Source: Caldilineaceae bacterium (GTDB lineage: Bacteria; Chloroflexota; Anaerolineae; Caldilineales; Caldilineaceae). From it: a stretch of 64,000 nt of DNA. The stretch is from contig OZ243971.1 in assembly GCA_965214715.1 (NCBI GenBank), positions 2,256,326-2,320,325 of the forward strand. The letters are read 5' to 3'. Below the pieces are notes generated by a model. It did not search any database and was not told where the DNA came from. It saw nothing but the letters and a program-made list of their open reading frames with translations. Both the position numbers and the translations under genes were made by a program. Below are positions 46,356 through 56,656 of the stretch, one piece after another. Within the stretch, counting starts at the first letter, position 1; every line of letters begins with the position of its first letter.

Positions 46356-48407
46356 TCATTCCGACTGTCGCTCCGTCGCTCCGTCGGCAAAGAACGGACC
46401 GGGCGTCTCGCCCCGCAACAGCTTCGCCAGATCATCCAGGAACTCCAGGTAGGTGCCCTGCCAGCCAAAGTGATCCCAGAACCAGCCGTCGTATGGCGAT
46501 CCCACAGTCGCCTCTCCCTTCGGCACGTCGGCGTAGCGCTCGCGCATTGCCTCGATCTGCGTCGCCTCCAGCCGTCCGAGTTTGTAGTCCAGGTACAGCC
46601 CGAAGCAATCCACAAGTATCCTGACGTCGTTCACGTTGGCTTCCAGCAGCCTGGTGACATGCGCATGATCCTGTGCAACCTTACCCTCCAACGCGCGCCA
46701 AGCTGCCAACACACTTTCCATATGGCCGATGGCCTCTCGCTTCTCGTCCATCAGCTCGGCGGCATAGGCGTCGGTCAATGGCATCCGGTTGAAAATAAGT
46801 TGGTAGCGCGGGTCGTTTCGCAGCGCCGCGCGCTGCTCCTCAGGATAAGCATCCAATGGAAACTCCAGACCGAGGACGTTCTCGCCGACCCGGTCCATCC
46901 CTGGATGCAAGAGATCCGTCCACACGCGCCACGGTCCATTGAGCCGCGTATCAAGGTAGTTGTAGCGCGCAACGTAACTGTGGCACTGGGTCAAGCCACT
47001 GCGGCTGAACAGCACACCGCTGGTGGCGGGATAGGTGTCCCTGAGGGCCGGCAGAAACGCGACCGCATCCGCTCCGTACTCCATCGTTAGCCATTCAGAC
47101 AAGATGTCGTCCGGGTCGAGGTAGGGGTTCCAGCACAGCTTGCCGTAGGTGTACCAGTTGGAGAGATTGAGCGGATGGTCTACATACTCGGGGTGCACGG
47201 CCATGTTGGCGTCACATCCCTCGTATCCTTTGTCTGCCGCCGTGCGAAAGTCCTCGTACCAGTGGTGCGCCATCGAGCACGGCAAGAAGTTCATCCCAGC
47301 TGAATCGCCCACCAGTGCGACCTGAAGCACATATGGCGAACGTTCTCCGGGCCAATTGCCGGAATGGTTCCAGATCGGGTGCGGCGGATAAGGTGGGCGG
47401 TAGTCCCAGTAGCGGTGGCAATGTCCGATCCACACGTTCCCGGGAAAATCATCTCCCCAGTCGCCATACATTGCTGCCTCCGCTTTCGCATGGGCGGCTT
47501 GGTCCGTGCCGGCGAGCCACAGCACATCGCCGCCGAGGGTGGCTACGGCGTCGCTGACCACGCGTATGCCCGCTAGAACACGCTCGCGCAGCGGCGTCGC
47601 GGCACAGCGGTAGCAGTCGTCTTCATGGGGACCAGGCGCCTCTTCGCCCGCGCCTCTCAGCCTAAAATCGCGCACCGTCGGCATGGCAACGGCCATACGT
47701 GCCACAAAGTCTTGCCACTGCTCACGGATATGATCCGAGTACGGACACAATGTCACATAATGGCCATTTTCGTCGGGAGAGGCATAGTGGAGGGCCAGAC
47801 GTACCGAGACGCCAAAGCGATCCATAAACTGCGCGAACTGCTCGACCGGCTCGGCGTGGGAGAGCCAGCGGTCGAACAGTGAGCCCCTAGCCGCGTATTG
47901 CGAGAACAGGATGAGGTTGTTAACGCGCATGGCCAGCAGCCGCCGCGCCAGCTCCAGGTACTTCGGGATCTCCTCGGGGCGCAGCATCTTGTCATAGTCC
48001 AGAATGCTGTCGAACGGCAGACACCACACCATGTTCGATGGCGTCTCCCACATGTCTGCGCCGCGCAGCGCAAAGTGCGGGCCATCGGTCATTGCCGTGA
48101 TGGCTCGGCCAAGACGGGCACGGTCGATGCACTCCTGCACCCCATACAACACGCCGCGTCCATCGCCGCCCGTGATGTGCAGCGTTGTGGCGTTCTCCAC
48201 GTCGATGCGAAAGTGCTCCTGCTCCAAGTCGGTCCCGCTTGTGCTTAACACCGCTGTGACATCCCCTACCTCTGTCCCAATGGTTGGCTTCCTCGCACCC
48301 GATCTGTCGATCCAACGCGCCAGCTCGTCGGCTGCGGTCCGCACGCGACGGCCGGCGTCGCGCGGAAGTCGGATCGTATCAATCGCCTCAATCTGCATCT
48401 GTGTCAT
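46356..48407 (-). CDS. putative glycoside hydrolase (GH20b/GH67N-like N-terminal domain plus large catalytic region)
   Basis: 683-aa clean frame, start ATG 48407. N-terminal ...HITGGDGRGVLYGVQECIDR resembles the beta-sandwich that precedes TIM barrels in several GH families. Function uncertain. Confidence 0.5.
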   Translation of the reverse strand: MTQMQIEAIDTIRLPRDAGRRVRTAADELARWIDRSGARKPTIGTEVGDVTAVLSTSGTDLEQEHFRIDVENATTLHITGGDGRGVLYGVQECIDRARLGRAITAMTDGPHFALRGADMWETPSNMVWCLPFDSILDYDKMLRPEEIPKYLELARRLLAMRVNNLILFSQYAARGSLFDRWLSHAEPVEQFAQFMDRFGVSVRLALHYASPDENGHYVTLCPYSDHIREQWQDFVARMAVAMPTVRDFRLRGAGEEAPGPHEDDCYRCAATPLRERVLAGIRVVSDAVATLGGDVLWLAGTDQAAHAKAEAAMYGDWGDDFPGNVWIGHCHRYWDYRPPYPPHPIWNHSGNWPGERSPYVLQVALVGDSAGMNFLPCSMAHHWYEDFRTAADKGYEGCDANMAVHPEYVDHPLNLSNWYTYGKLCWNPYLDPDDILSEWLTMEYGADAVAFLPALRDTYPATSGVLFSRSGLTQCHSYVARYNYLDTRLNGPWRVWTDLLHPGMDRVGENVLGLEFPLDAYPEEQRAALRNDPRYQLIFNRMPLTDAYAAELMDEKREAIGHMESVLAAWRALEGKVAQDHAHVTRLLEANVNDVRILVDCFGLYLDYKLGRLEATQIEAMRERYADVPKGEATVGSPYDGWFWDHFGWQGTYLEFLDDLAKLLRGETPGPFFADGATERQSE

Positions 48408-48436
48408 GGCTCGGCTCCCGGCCGGTTTTCTCGATG

Positions 48437-49870
48437 TCAAGATTCGTTGACGGCATAGATCCGCGCGTCGCGCAGGTAGAAGCGCAGACACACGTCACGT
48501 CCCACCAAGCCCGTTGTGTCCTTCGCACCCCAGCGCAGAGGCAACGCCGTGCCATCCACATCAATGAACACACATTTTTCGCGCTCATAGCCCTCGATCA
48601 CGTGACCATCCGGTTGCCGCACCTCCACCATCACGTAGGCCTGATCGGGCAGCAGCGTCCCGGTGCCGCTCTCGAGGTTGACCGTCAGGGGGCGCTCCGG
48701 CACCGCAAACAGACGCGAGGAAAACTCGGCGTTCGCCTGTGACCCGACCCAGATGATGCGGTCGATCGGCGTGCTGTAGCGCCGCATGGTGTTGTACTCG
48801 AGAAAGCACAAGCGGTCATCGACGACAAAGGGAGTACAGGTGGTAAAGACACCCACGTGCATGTCGCGCGCCGGGCGCTGCCAGCGGAGTCCATCGTGGC
48901 TGACCCACCATTCGTAGGAAATATGAGGGCCATGTTCGCCCATCAGGAGTGGACTGCGGGCATAGTTGCGCATCAGACCGACGAACCGGTCCCGATAGGG
49001 AAACACGGTAAACATATAGAGCTCGAGCTCCGGCGGATCATCTGCGTCGGGTTCGATAAAGTTCTCCAGCCGCGACCAGTGGGCACCGTCGTCGCTGCTG
49101 CGGATCGCCAGCACGCGTCGTTGCCCTCGGGGATCGTTCGCCTTGATGCTGTCGGGGTACTCAAACCGAAATGGCCGCAGTACAGCCTGATAGCAGAGAT
49201 ATTGCTTGGTGCGGGGGTCATAGATCGCCGAAAATGCGTCGTTTCCATCCCGGAACACCGGGCTATGCTCCCACTCTTGCCAGTGCAGACCATCTGGGGA
49301 AAAGGCAACACCAGCGTTGTGAACCGGATGAAAACCCGGCAACAGCTCCCCAGCCAGCGCAGGCCCCCAGCCAGTGTGGACCATCGCGTAGCACCGATCG
49401 GGATCGGCGGCCCCGTCATTCCTCATGACCGAAAAGATGCCGCCATTGTCAATCAATACATTGGGCGATTGTGCGTCGGGCACGATGCCCAGATCCGGCC
49501 GCTCGAAGTGAATCCCATCGCGTGTCCGTGCATAGCAGACCTGCCATTTCATCTTGGTGGGATCCCAGCCGCTGCGTGTTACGCTAAACGTTTTCGAGCT
49601 TTCAGAATGACTGCGCGCGCTCGCCTGTTCCGCGTCCGCGTCCTCGACGAGGAATCTCTCGGGGCTGCGCCGCAGACTATACCAGACGTGGATGGCGCCA
49701 TCGCACTCCTGAAGGGTGGTGAAAGCCAGATCTTGTGAGAATTCATTCAGATCCTCCTCCAGTCCTTGGGGGGAGTCAGGATCCTTGAAGAGGGTGCAGC
49801 CGCCGGTGAGCAGCCGGCCGCGCGGTTCGTGCATGTCCTCGAGAGACATGAAAAGCAGGTTGCACGTCAT
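48437..49870 (-). CDS. BNR/Asp-box-like beta-propeller protein, probable glycosidase
   Basis: Recurrent SxDGxxW-type motifs (RTRDGIHF, SPDGLHW, SSDDGAHW, SHDGLRW). RBS AAGGAGGA before ATG 49870. Confidence 0.55.
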   Translation of the reverse strand: MTCNLLFMSLEDMHEPRGRLLTGGCTLFKDPDSPQGLEEDLNEFSQDLAFTTLQECDGAIHVWYSLRRSPERFLVEDADAEQASARSHSESSKTFSVTRSGWDPTKMKWQVCYARTRDGIHFERPDLGIVPDAQSPNVLIDNGGIFSVMRNDGAADPDRCYAMVHTGWGPALAGELLPGFHPVHNAGVAFSPDGLHWQEWEHSPVFRDGNDAFSAIYDPRTKQYLCYQAVLRPFRFEYPDSIKANDPRGQRRVLAIRSSDDGAHWSRLENFIEPDADDPPELELYMFTVFPYRDRFVGLMRNYARSPLLMGEHGPHISYEWWVSHDGLRWQRPARDMHVGVFTTCTPFVVDDRLCFLEYNTMRRYSTPIDRIIWVGSQANAEFSSRLFAVPERPLTVNLESGTGTLLPDQAYVMVEVRQPDGHVIEGYEREKCVFIDVDGTALPLRWGAKDTTGLVGRDVCLRFYLRDARIYAVNES

Positions 49871-49930
49871 TGCTCGTCCTCCTTGCAACGAGTTGTCCCT
49901 CTAGAGGAGTGTTTTACGAGGTCAGGCAGC

Positions 49931-50761
49931 TTATGCCAGCTCCAGTGATTTGAAAGCTTCCACTTGCCCTCGGATGGCGCGCTCGGTGGGCAACCGCTCG
50001 ATCGACGAAGCGCCAAAAAAGCCGACCACCCCGGGCATCTTGGGTAGCGCTATGCCGACGTTCTGCGGCTCATCCAACGGCCCGCCGTGACAGATCACCA
50101 ATACGTCGTCGCGGACTGTGCGCGCGGCGTCCGCAATGTCGAGCACCCTCCCGATGGCCTCATCCAACGTCATCGCCACCGCCGCCCCGATGGTGCCTGA
50201 GGTGGTCAAGCCCACGTGGGCGACCAACTGGTCGGCGCCGGCCTGTGCCATCTCCCTGGCCTGCTCCTCGTCAAAGACGTAAGGTGAGGTGAACAGATTC
50301 AGCTCGTGCGCGATGCGGATCACCTCCACCTCTTTGTCATATCCCATACCCGTGGCCTCCAGGTTGGCGCGAAAGCTCCCATCGATCAGCCCCACAGTGG
50401 GAAAGTTCTGCACGCCTGAAAAGCCGATCTCTTGTAGTTGCTTGAGAAACACGGGCATCAGGCGAAACGGGTCGGTGCCACACACCCCCGCCAACACCGG
50501 CGTGTCCTTCACCACCGGCAGCACCTCGGAGGCCATCTCGACGACGATCCCGTTGGCGTCGCCGTAGGGCATCAGCCCTGCCAGCGAGCCCCGGCCCGCC
50601 ATGCGATAACGCCCGGAGTTGTAGATGATGATGATGTCCGCTCCGCCGGCCTCGGCGAATTTGGCGGAGATACCGGTGCCCGCGCCGCATCCGACGATGG
50701 GCCTGCCGGTATCGATCTGGGCGCCAAGTCTGCTCAAGATCCCTTCCCGTGGAATAGACAT
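49931..50761 (-). CDS. phosphoenolpyruvate-hydrolase-like TIM-barrel protein (TIM-br_sig_trns family)
   Basis: [39 protein letters not shown]...[13 protein letters not shown] is the family hallmark as I recall it. Paired with a UPF0261 gene. Confidence 0.75.
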   Translation of the reverse strand: MSIPREGILSRLGAQIDTGRPIVGCGAGTGISAKFAEAGGADIIIIYNSGRYRMAGRGSLAGLMPYGDANGIVVEMASEVLPVVKDTPVLAGVCGTDPFRLMPVFLKQLQEIGFSGVQNFPTVGLIDGSFRANLEATGMGYDKEVEVIRIAHELNLFTSPYVFDEEQAREMAQAGADQLVAHVGLTTSGTIGAAVAMTLDEAIGRVLDIADAARTVRDDVLVICHGGPLDEPQNVGIALPKMPGVVGFFGASSIERLPTERAIRGQVEAFKSLELA

Positions 50762-50774
50762 GGCTCAGTCCCTC

Positions 50775-52004
50775 CTATCCTGTCTGCAACATATCCAGCA
50801 AGAGCTGCGTTGCCTTGTCCACGAACTCGGGGTCGTTGATGTTGTTGTCTATCTCGATCACGGGGATGCCTGGCTTTAGATTGCTCTTGATCGCGTCGTA
50901 GCAGGCCTGGTCAGCCTCGGGGTCCCAGAATGCGCCCGCCTCGCCATCGGGACTCACGCTGTCGAGCATCGAGACACCCTTGAGCGGCAGCAGTATCGCC
51001 ACCGACGCCGTCGCCGCGTTCGCAGCCGCGGCGATTATCTCGCCCATGCGGGTGTTCTCCTCCACGTTCGTGCGCAGCAATGTGACGTTGGGGTTCCACT
51101 GATAGAGGTTGCGGTCCAGATACTTTTCCGGGATCGTCTCGATCCCCCCAAAGTTGGCCATGTCCACGCAGCCGGGGACAAGAACTGCCGGGATGCCGGC
51201 CCGCGCGGCGGCCAGGCAGCGCTCCGGCCCTGCACTGAACACGCCGCCGCACACCTCGTCAGCCAACTCGGTCGTCGTGGTGTCCAGCGAGGCGGCGATA
51301 TAGCCGTCGGCGATCAGGCTCTCCATCGTCCTGCCGCCGGTGCCAGTGGCGTGAAAGACCAGGACCTCGTAGCCGTTCTGCTCCAAGATGCCGCGTGCGC
51401 GGTCCACACAGGGGGTCGTGTTGCCGAACATCGAGGCCGTGATGAGCGGTTTCTCCTCGCGGACCGGGGGTTTCTCAACCGATACCATGCCGGCGATCGC
51501 GCCTGCGGCGTTGGCATAGATGCCGCGACTGATGCGGTTGATGCCGGCGACATCCACGATGGAGGGAACAAAGGTGATATCGCGCGTCCCGGCGTAGGCG
51601 CTGACGTCACCACCGCCTACCGTCGAGACCATCACCTTGGGCACACCCACCGGCAGCGTGCGCATTCCTGTCGAAGCGACAGACGTGCCACCGGTACCCC
51701 CCATGGCGATGACGCCGTCCAGCTTGCCTTCGTCGTACAGGCGGCGCGCGACGACGGCCAACCCCTTGGCCATCACGCTCATCGCCACGTCCTTGTGCTC
51801 GCCCGAGCTCAGGTAGGCCAGGTCACCGCCTCCCGCTGCTGCGACGGCCTGCCGCGGGACATCGGGCTCTATCGCGGGCTCTCCCATGACACCAAAATCG
51901 ACCACCAGCGTCTCGAGCCCCTGTTTTTCAATCAGCTCCTTGACAAAGGCGTATTCCTCTCCCTTCGTGTCAAGTGCGCCAAGCATGACGACTGTCCTTG
52001 CCAT
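50775..52004 (-). CDS. UPF0261 / Tm-1-like ATP-binding protein
   Basis: MARTVVMLGALDTKGEEYAFVKELIE N-terminus and GGTGGTSV motif. RBS GGAGGG before ATG 52004. Confidence 0.75.
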   Translation of the reverse strand: MARTVVMLGALDTKGEEYAFVKELIEKQGLETLVVDFGVMGEPAIEPDVPRQAVAAAGGGDLAYLSSGEHKDVAMSVMAKGLAVVARRLYDEGKLDGVIAMGGTGGTSVASTGMRTLPVGVPKVMVSTVGGGDVSAYAGTRDITFVPSIVDVAGINRISRGIYANAAGAIAGMVSVEKPPVREEKPLITASMFGNTTPCVDRARGILEQNGYEVLVFHATGTGGRTMESLIADGYIAASLDTTTTELADEVCGGVFSAGPERCLAAARAGIPAVLVPGCVDMANFGGIETIPEKYLDRNLYQWNPNVTLLRTNVEENTRMGEIIAAAANAATASVAILLPLKGVSMLDSVSPDGEAGAFWDPEADQACYDAIKSNLKPGIPVIEIDNNINDPEFVDKATQLLLDMLQTG

Positions 52005-52041
52005 TGTGCCCTCCTCTCTCGCGTAGCACGCGTGTAGGGCC

Positions 52042-52992
52042 TTACTCCCAAACAAACACCGTGCCAGACAATTCATGAGGGTCGTCGCGCAGTGTGTCAT
52101 AGATGCGCTGGGCGTCCGTTACCGGCACCACGTCTTGCAGCAGCGGAGTGATATCGACCAACCCCCGGCGAATGAGCCGACACAGATTCGCCAGATCATC
52201 GCGGTCATAGCCCGTGTTCTGTCTGATGGTGATCTCGTGCGCTTGACCCAGATTGAAGGTATACTTGACGTCAAAGCGGCCGGCGATGAGCAGCAGCCTG
52301 CCCCGGCTCTTGAGCGCGCGAATCAACTGGTTCTCCATCCCCTTGACGCCCGCCACGTCGATGAGTGCATCGCAGGTGCCATCGGCGACGTGTTTCTCCC
52401 ATCCGTCCCCTGTGACGTCGAACACCTCCTCAGCAGCGCCGATCAGTCGTGCCAATGCCAGCCGACGCGGGTCGATTTCGCAGACCGCGACGCGCGCACC
52501 CATCACGTTGGCGATCTGAGCCGCCATCTGGCCGATAAAGCCCTGACCGACGACGAGAACGCGTTCGCCCATGCGCAGATCAGCGTGCCGACAGGACCGC
52601 ATTGCCACACCGGACATGCCAAAGAGCGCGGCGTGCTTGGGGTCCACGTCCTCTGGCAGTTTGATGAGCAGCCCATCTTCACGCGCCACCACATATTCCC
52701 TGTGGTCGGCGTTGATGTACAACAGGTCGCCGACGGCAAGCTCCGCAACGTCCGGGCCAGTTTCGATCACGCGCCCCACGTGTTGATAGCCCCACCCGGC
52801 CGGCAGCGCGTCGTCAGGGTGCGCATGGTTGCCGCCGACCAGGTCGTTGTGCTCGGTCCCGTTTGTGATGCCCGAATACATCGTCCGGGTCTTGACCTGC
52901 TTGCCGGTGGGTCCTTCTGGCGCCGGCCAGTCGCTCACCAGGACCTTCTCGCGTGTCTTGTCGGGCCCAAGTCTTGTCACCAACGCACGCAT
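52042..52992 (-). CDS. zinc-type alcohol dehydrogenase (MDR family)
   Basis: GYQHVGRVIETG and VLVVGQGFIGQMAAQIA Rossmann motifs. Confidence 0.85.
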   Translation of the reverse strand: MRALVTRLGPDKTREKVLVSDWPAPEGPTGKQVKTRTMYSGITNGTEHNDLVGGNHAHPDDALPAGWGYQHVGRVIETGPDVAELAVGDLLYINADHREYVVAREDGLLIKLPEDVDPKHAALFGMSGVAMRSCRHADLRMGERVLVVGQGFIGQMAAQIANVMGARVAVCEIDPRRLALARLIGAAEEVFDVTGDGWEKHVADGTCDALIDVAGVKGMENQLIRALKSRGRLLLIAGRFDVKYTFNLGQAHEITIRQNTGYDRDDLANLCRLIRRGLVDITPLLQDVVPVTDAQRIYDTLRDDPHELSGTVFVWE

Positions 52993-53020
52993 GCAGCCGT
53001 CTCCGGGATTAAGGTCACGC

Positions 53021-53743
53021 CTACATTCTTTGGGCTACCCACTGGATCCCCCGGGATACGATCTCGCCAAAATTGGGGTTTGACCATGTCAGGTTGTCGT
53101 GCCCCGATTGGAAGCAAAAGACGCGCGCACGCTTGTGCAACCTCGTCCAGGCGATGGCGCTCATGCTCTTGGGATGGTCCGCTGTCAACAGGATGTCGCT
53201 GTCTGCACCTGGTTCGTCCATCATGTATGTCTCGTCCGCCATCTCCCAGGTATTCAGGCCCGTGGTGATCGGATGTTCAGAATTGGCGATCTCGACGCGC
53301 AGGGTCTGCTCGGGATGATGGCCGAAGCTGCGATCCCGGATACCCACCATTTCGTTCCACACTGGCCACTGCGGGTAGGCGAGGATGGCGTGGTGCAGGA
53401 CGACGATGCCTTGCTCCGTCTCGCCCAAGTGCTCCAATGCAGTCTTGGGTCTCCCCGCGTACCATGACCCTCCGTCGTCAGTGGGGCCATCCATCAACAT
53501 CGTGTAAAAGAGAACCACGTCATAGCCGTCCCGCGCACTTGCGCGTGAGGAGGCAAAGTCATCCATGTGCTGGATATAAGCATCAACGCCTGGCAAGCCA
53601 CGAAAGAACCGGTGAAGGTTCAGCACGTCATAGCCGTGACCACCGGTGATCACTGCGCATTGGATCGGGTCCGTTGTCGTCTTGCCTGTGACCACGTTAT
53701 AGACCTCTTGGGTTCGCGATGGATGTGAGCCCGCCGCAGCCAT
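53021..53743 (-). CDS. ThuA-domain protein
   Basis: AVITGGHGYDV...YDVVLFYTM...VVLHHAILAY pattern of ThuA-like class-I glutamine-amidotransferase folds. Start uncertain (53743 chosen). Confidence 0.75.
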   Translation of the reverse strand: MAAAGSHPSRTQEVYNVVTGKTTTDPIQCAVITGGHGYDVLNLHRFFRGLPGVDAYIQHMDDFASSRASARDGYDVVLFYTMLMDGPTDDGGSWYAGRPKTALEHLGETEQGIVVLHHAILAYPQWPVWNEMVGIRDRSFGHHPEQTLRVEIANSEHPITTGLNTWEMADETYMMDEPGADSDILLTADHPKSMSAIAWTRLHKRARVFCFQSGHDNLTWSNPNFGEIVSRGIQWVAQRM

Positions 53744-53972
53744 CCCATGGTATCCTCGCTGTCGATTGTGATGCGTGATGGTGGGGTGAGCTTGGACCTG
53801 GTTATCGACTCGCTCTTGATGCGGACTGCTGGTCAGCCACGATATGCTCCGAAGCTCGCTTTGGGAAGGGAACGCGGGGGACGGCACATCCCTCCGTCCC
53901 CCGCGTTTTGGTCATTGGACAGCGTGCGGTTTGGGTCCGTACACCGGTCAGATTGGGCGCGTTGCAGCCACT

Positions 53973-55634
53973 CTACTGCACGCGCGCCAGAGCGGCATTG
54001 TAAGCATCCACTATGTCCTGGGCACCCATGCTTTCGATCGTGGACGTGAGTTCGCCCCACGTGTCGTCATTGATGTCGATCTGATCCTCTACCATCTGCT
54101 GGAACGTTTCAAGCAGATAGGTGTCGATCGGAGCACCGAGACTGGCCGCTATCTCCGCCTCCTCTTCATTCAAAAGGATTGAGGGCAGAGGATCTCCGTA
54201 GGAGCCGCTGGGATTGATGAAATGATCGTCAATCCATCTCCATCCGTCCGGGAACTCCGGTGCGGGCCAGTCTGCCATCAGGCCCCAGTGTGGTTCAGCC
54301 TCTGGCCACCATACGCGGGCGAGGGAGCCGATGTCATTAATAAATGCCGCTTCGTTGGTCAGGGCGGGCGGGGACTCGGGGATCTCGCCGCTGCAATAGT
54401 GCCTTTCCTTGAGGCTTGAATGGCGCAGAATGGTGTCCGTATAACACTTGGTCCCATCCTCGCGATAGTCCCAATCCACGCCTTCCTTGCCTTGGTATAT
54501 CAGGAAGCGGCCTTCCATGCTGAACAGGTAATCCATGAGCCACACGGCCGCTTCGATCTCTTCGGGAGAGGACGAGGCGGAGATGACCAAGGGGTTGCCC
54601 AGCCATACATTCGAAGGAGCGGGCCAGAGTATCTTTTCGTCGTCGATCGTCAGCGACATGACGGGATAGAACTTGCCCTGGTCAATGCCGGCATTCTGGA
54701 CGCACGAATAAAAGTGCCAGCCCGTGTTCTCGAGTATGGCTCCCGCCTCACAGGTGCCGCGCGCCAGCGCCTCCCAGTCTGGGTCACTCATGGTCGCATA
54801 CTCCGGATGCAGGATACCGTTTTCCCACATCCAATTCATGAACTCGACCATGGTGCGGAAGCGGGCCATCAGCGGGCCATACTCGTATTGGTTGGTGTAA
54901 GGGTTAAAGTAAACGGTCAGGTCGGTCCCAAACCACTTGGCCCAGTTGCCCGCATGGCCTGTGAAGCCGCTGCGACTGGAGATGACGGGGTTGCCGCCCA
55001 GTTGCGCCTGCAGGCACGACATCGCCCCCTGGAGATCTTCCAAGGTCAGGATGGCATCCCAGTTACCGTTCCACCTGTCCTCGATGATCCCACACTGCTC
55101 GAGCAAATCCGCCCGCAATTGCAGCCACGGCCTGAGCTGGCGTAACCGCCTGACCTGGGGCACACCGTAAATATTGCCGTCAGGGGAAGTCATCAATTTT
55201 TCCATATCGGGCTGATTGTCCATCTCAGCCACGAGATTGGGCATCTTGCCTGCCTCGATGAACTCGTTGAGCGGCACGAACAGCCCTTGCGGACCAAACT
55301 CGTGCGCGATATCCATCGGGGTCCCGGTCGCGTCGGCCGGCAGGCCGAGCTGCATGATGTCTGGCAGATCGCCCGAGGCCAGGGTCGTGGCGATCCTCTC
55401 GCCAAGGAACTCGCGCGGGATCTGGCGGAATACAAGGTCAAAGCCGGTCTGTTCTGCCAACAACTGCATCGAGTACGTCTCAGGCGTGATGTCTCCAAAA
55501 ACACCTTCCGGCGCGATCATCAGCTCCAGCTCGACGGTTTCGGCGGCCCCAGGTTCCTGTGGAACGCAGCTCGCTAACAGAATGCTCAAAACAATGAGCA
55601 AGCACACAGATAGCAACAAGCTAAATTTCTTCAT
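53973..55634 (-). CDS. extracellular solute-binding lipoprotein (large sugar-type SBP)
   Basis: MKKFSLLLSVCLLIVLSILLASC lipobox, 553 aa, followed by two permease genes. Confidence 0.9.
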   Translation of the reverse strand: MKKFSLLLSVCLLIVLSILLASCVPQEPGAAETVELELMIAPEGVFGDITPETYSMQLLAEQTGFDLVFRQIPREFLGERIATTLASGDLPDIMQLGLPADATGTPMDIAHEFGPQGLFVPLNEFIEAGKMPNLVAEMDNQPDMEKLMTSPDGNIYGVPQVRRLRQLRPWLQLRADLLEQCGIIEDRWNGNWDAILTLEDLQGAMSCLQAQLGGNPVISSRSGFTGHAGNWAKWFGTDLTVYFNPYTNQYEYGPLMARFRTMVEFMNWMWENGILHPEYATMSDPDWEALARGTCEAGAILENTGWHFYSCVQNAGIDQGKFYPVMSLTIDDEKILWPAPSNVWLGNPLVISASSSPEEIEAAVWLMDYLFSMEGRFLIYQGKEGVDWDYREDGTKCYTDTILRHSSLKERHYCSGEIPESPPALTNEAAFINDIGSLARVWWPEAEPHWGLMADWPAPEFPDGWRWIDDHFINPSGSYGDPLPSILLNEEEAEIAASLGAPIDTYLLETFQQMVEDQIDINDDTWGELTSTIESMGAQDIVDAYNAALARVQ

Positions 55635-55764
55635 TGCTCTCTCCTCTATTGTGTATACAGGACAAACGCAAAGTCATGCCATGGGCAGATCCGGCTGCAG
55701 GGGAACAATAGCCGGACCGGGTTCTGACTACACAAGGAAGCATACCATTGGACTATAGCGCGGT

Positions 55765-56643
55765 TTACCCCTTGATTGCGCCGACCAGAGTGCCCTTCAC
55801 AAAGTACTTTTGGACAAAAGGATATACCAGCAGAATCGGCCCCAGCGTCACGATGACGGTTGCCATCTTTACCTGTCTGAAAAAGGCCTTCGCTTGCAAT
55901 GTATCGGCATAATTTCCCTGCACCACGTCCCCGGTAGCGCCCCTGACCAGCATCCGTCGCAACATGATGGTCAGGGGAAACTTCTCAGAATTGTTGAGAT
56001 AGATCAGCGGGTTGAAAAAGTCGTTCCAGATTGCCACCGCAACAAACAGCGCGATGGTCGCCAAGATCGGCTTGGACAGTGGCATGATGATCTGCAACAG
56101 GATACGAAAGTCGCTGGCGCCGTCCACCCGGGCCGCTTCCTTTAGCTCCCGGGGTATCGTTGAGATATTGGCCCTCACCAGTATGACAAACCAGAAGTTA
56201 AAGGCAACCGGCAAGGTAATGACCCAAATAGTATTCAGCAGTCCATAACTCTGGTAGGTCAGGTAGGTGGGAATCAGGCCGGCAGAAAAAAAGAGCGTCA
56301 GCCCAAGGATCAGGCTGATCGGGCCACGCCAGCGAAAGCGTGGCTCGGAGAGCGGATAAGCCGCCAGCAGGCAGACCATGAGTGTGAACGTGGTGCCCAG
56401 GACCGTGTACATGACAGAGTTGCGGTACGCACGCACGATCGCATTCGAGCGCGCGATCGCCTCGTATGGCTCCAGGTTGAAGCCGATGGGAAATAACGTC
56501 ACGGATTGCTTCCACACCGCTTCGCCGTCGCTCACCGAGAGGGAAAAGACGTACAGCAGTGGGTATATCATCAAACAGCTGAACCCTATCAAGAACAGGT
56601 AGTTCAAGTAATCGAACAGCTGCATCTTTCTCAGGGTATGCAC
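55765..56643 (-). CDS. carbohydrate ABC transporter permease
   Basis: Six-helix permease with EAA loop ELKEAARVDGAS. Confidence 0.9.
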   Translation of the reverse strand: MHTLRKMQLFDYLNYLFLIGFSCLMIYPLLYVFSLSVSDGEAVWKQSVTLFPIGFNLEPYEAIARSNAIVRAYRNSVMYTVLGTTFTLMVCLLAAYPLSEPRFRWRGPISLILGLTLFFSAGLIPTYLTYQSYGLLNTIWVITLPVAFNFWFVILVRANISTIPRELKEAARVDGASDFRILLQIIMPLSKPILATIALFVAVAIWNDFFNPLIYLNNSEKFPLTIMLRRMLVRGATGDVVQGNYADTLQAKAFFRQVKMATVIVTLGPILLVYPFVQKYFVKGTLVGAIKG

Positions 56644-56656
56644 AGTCTATACCTCG

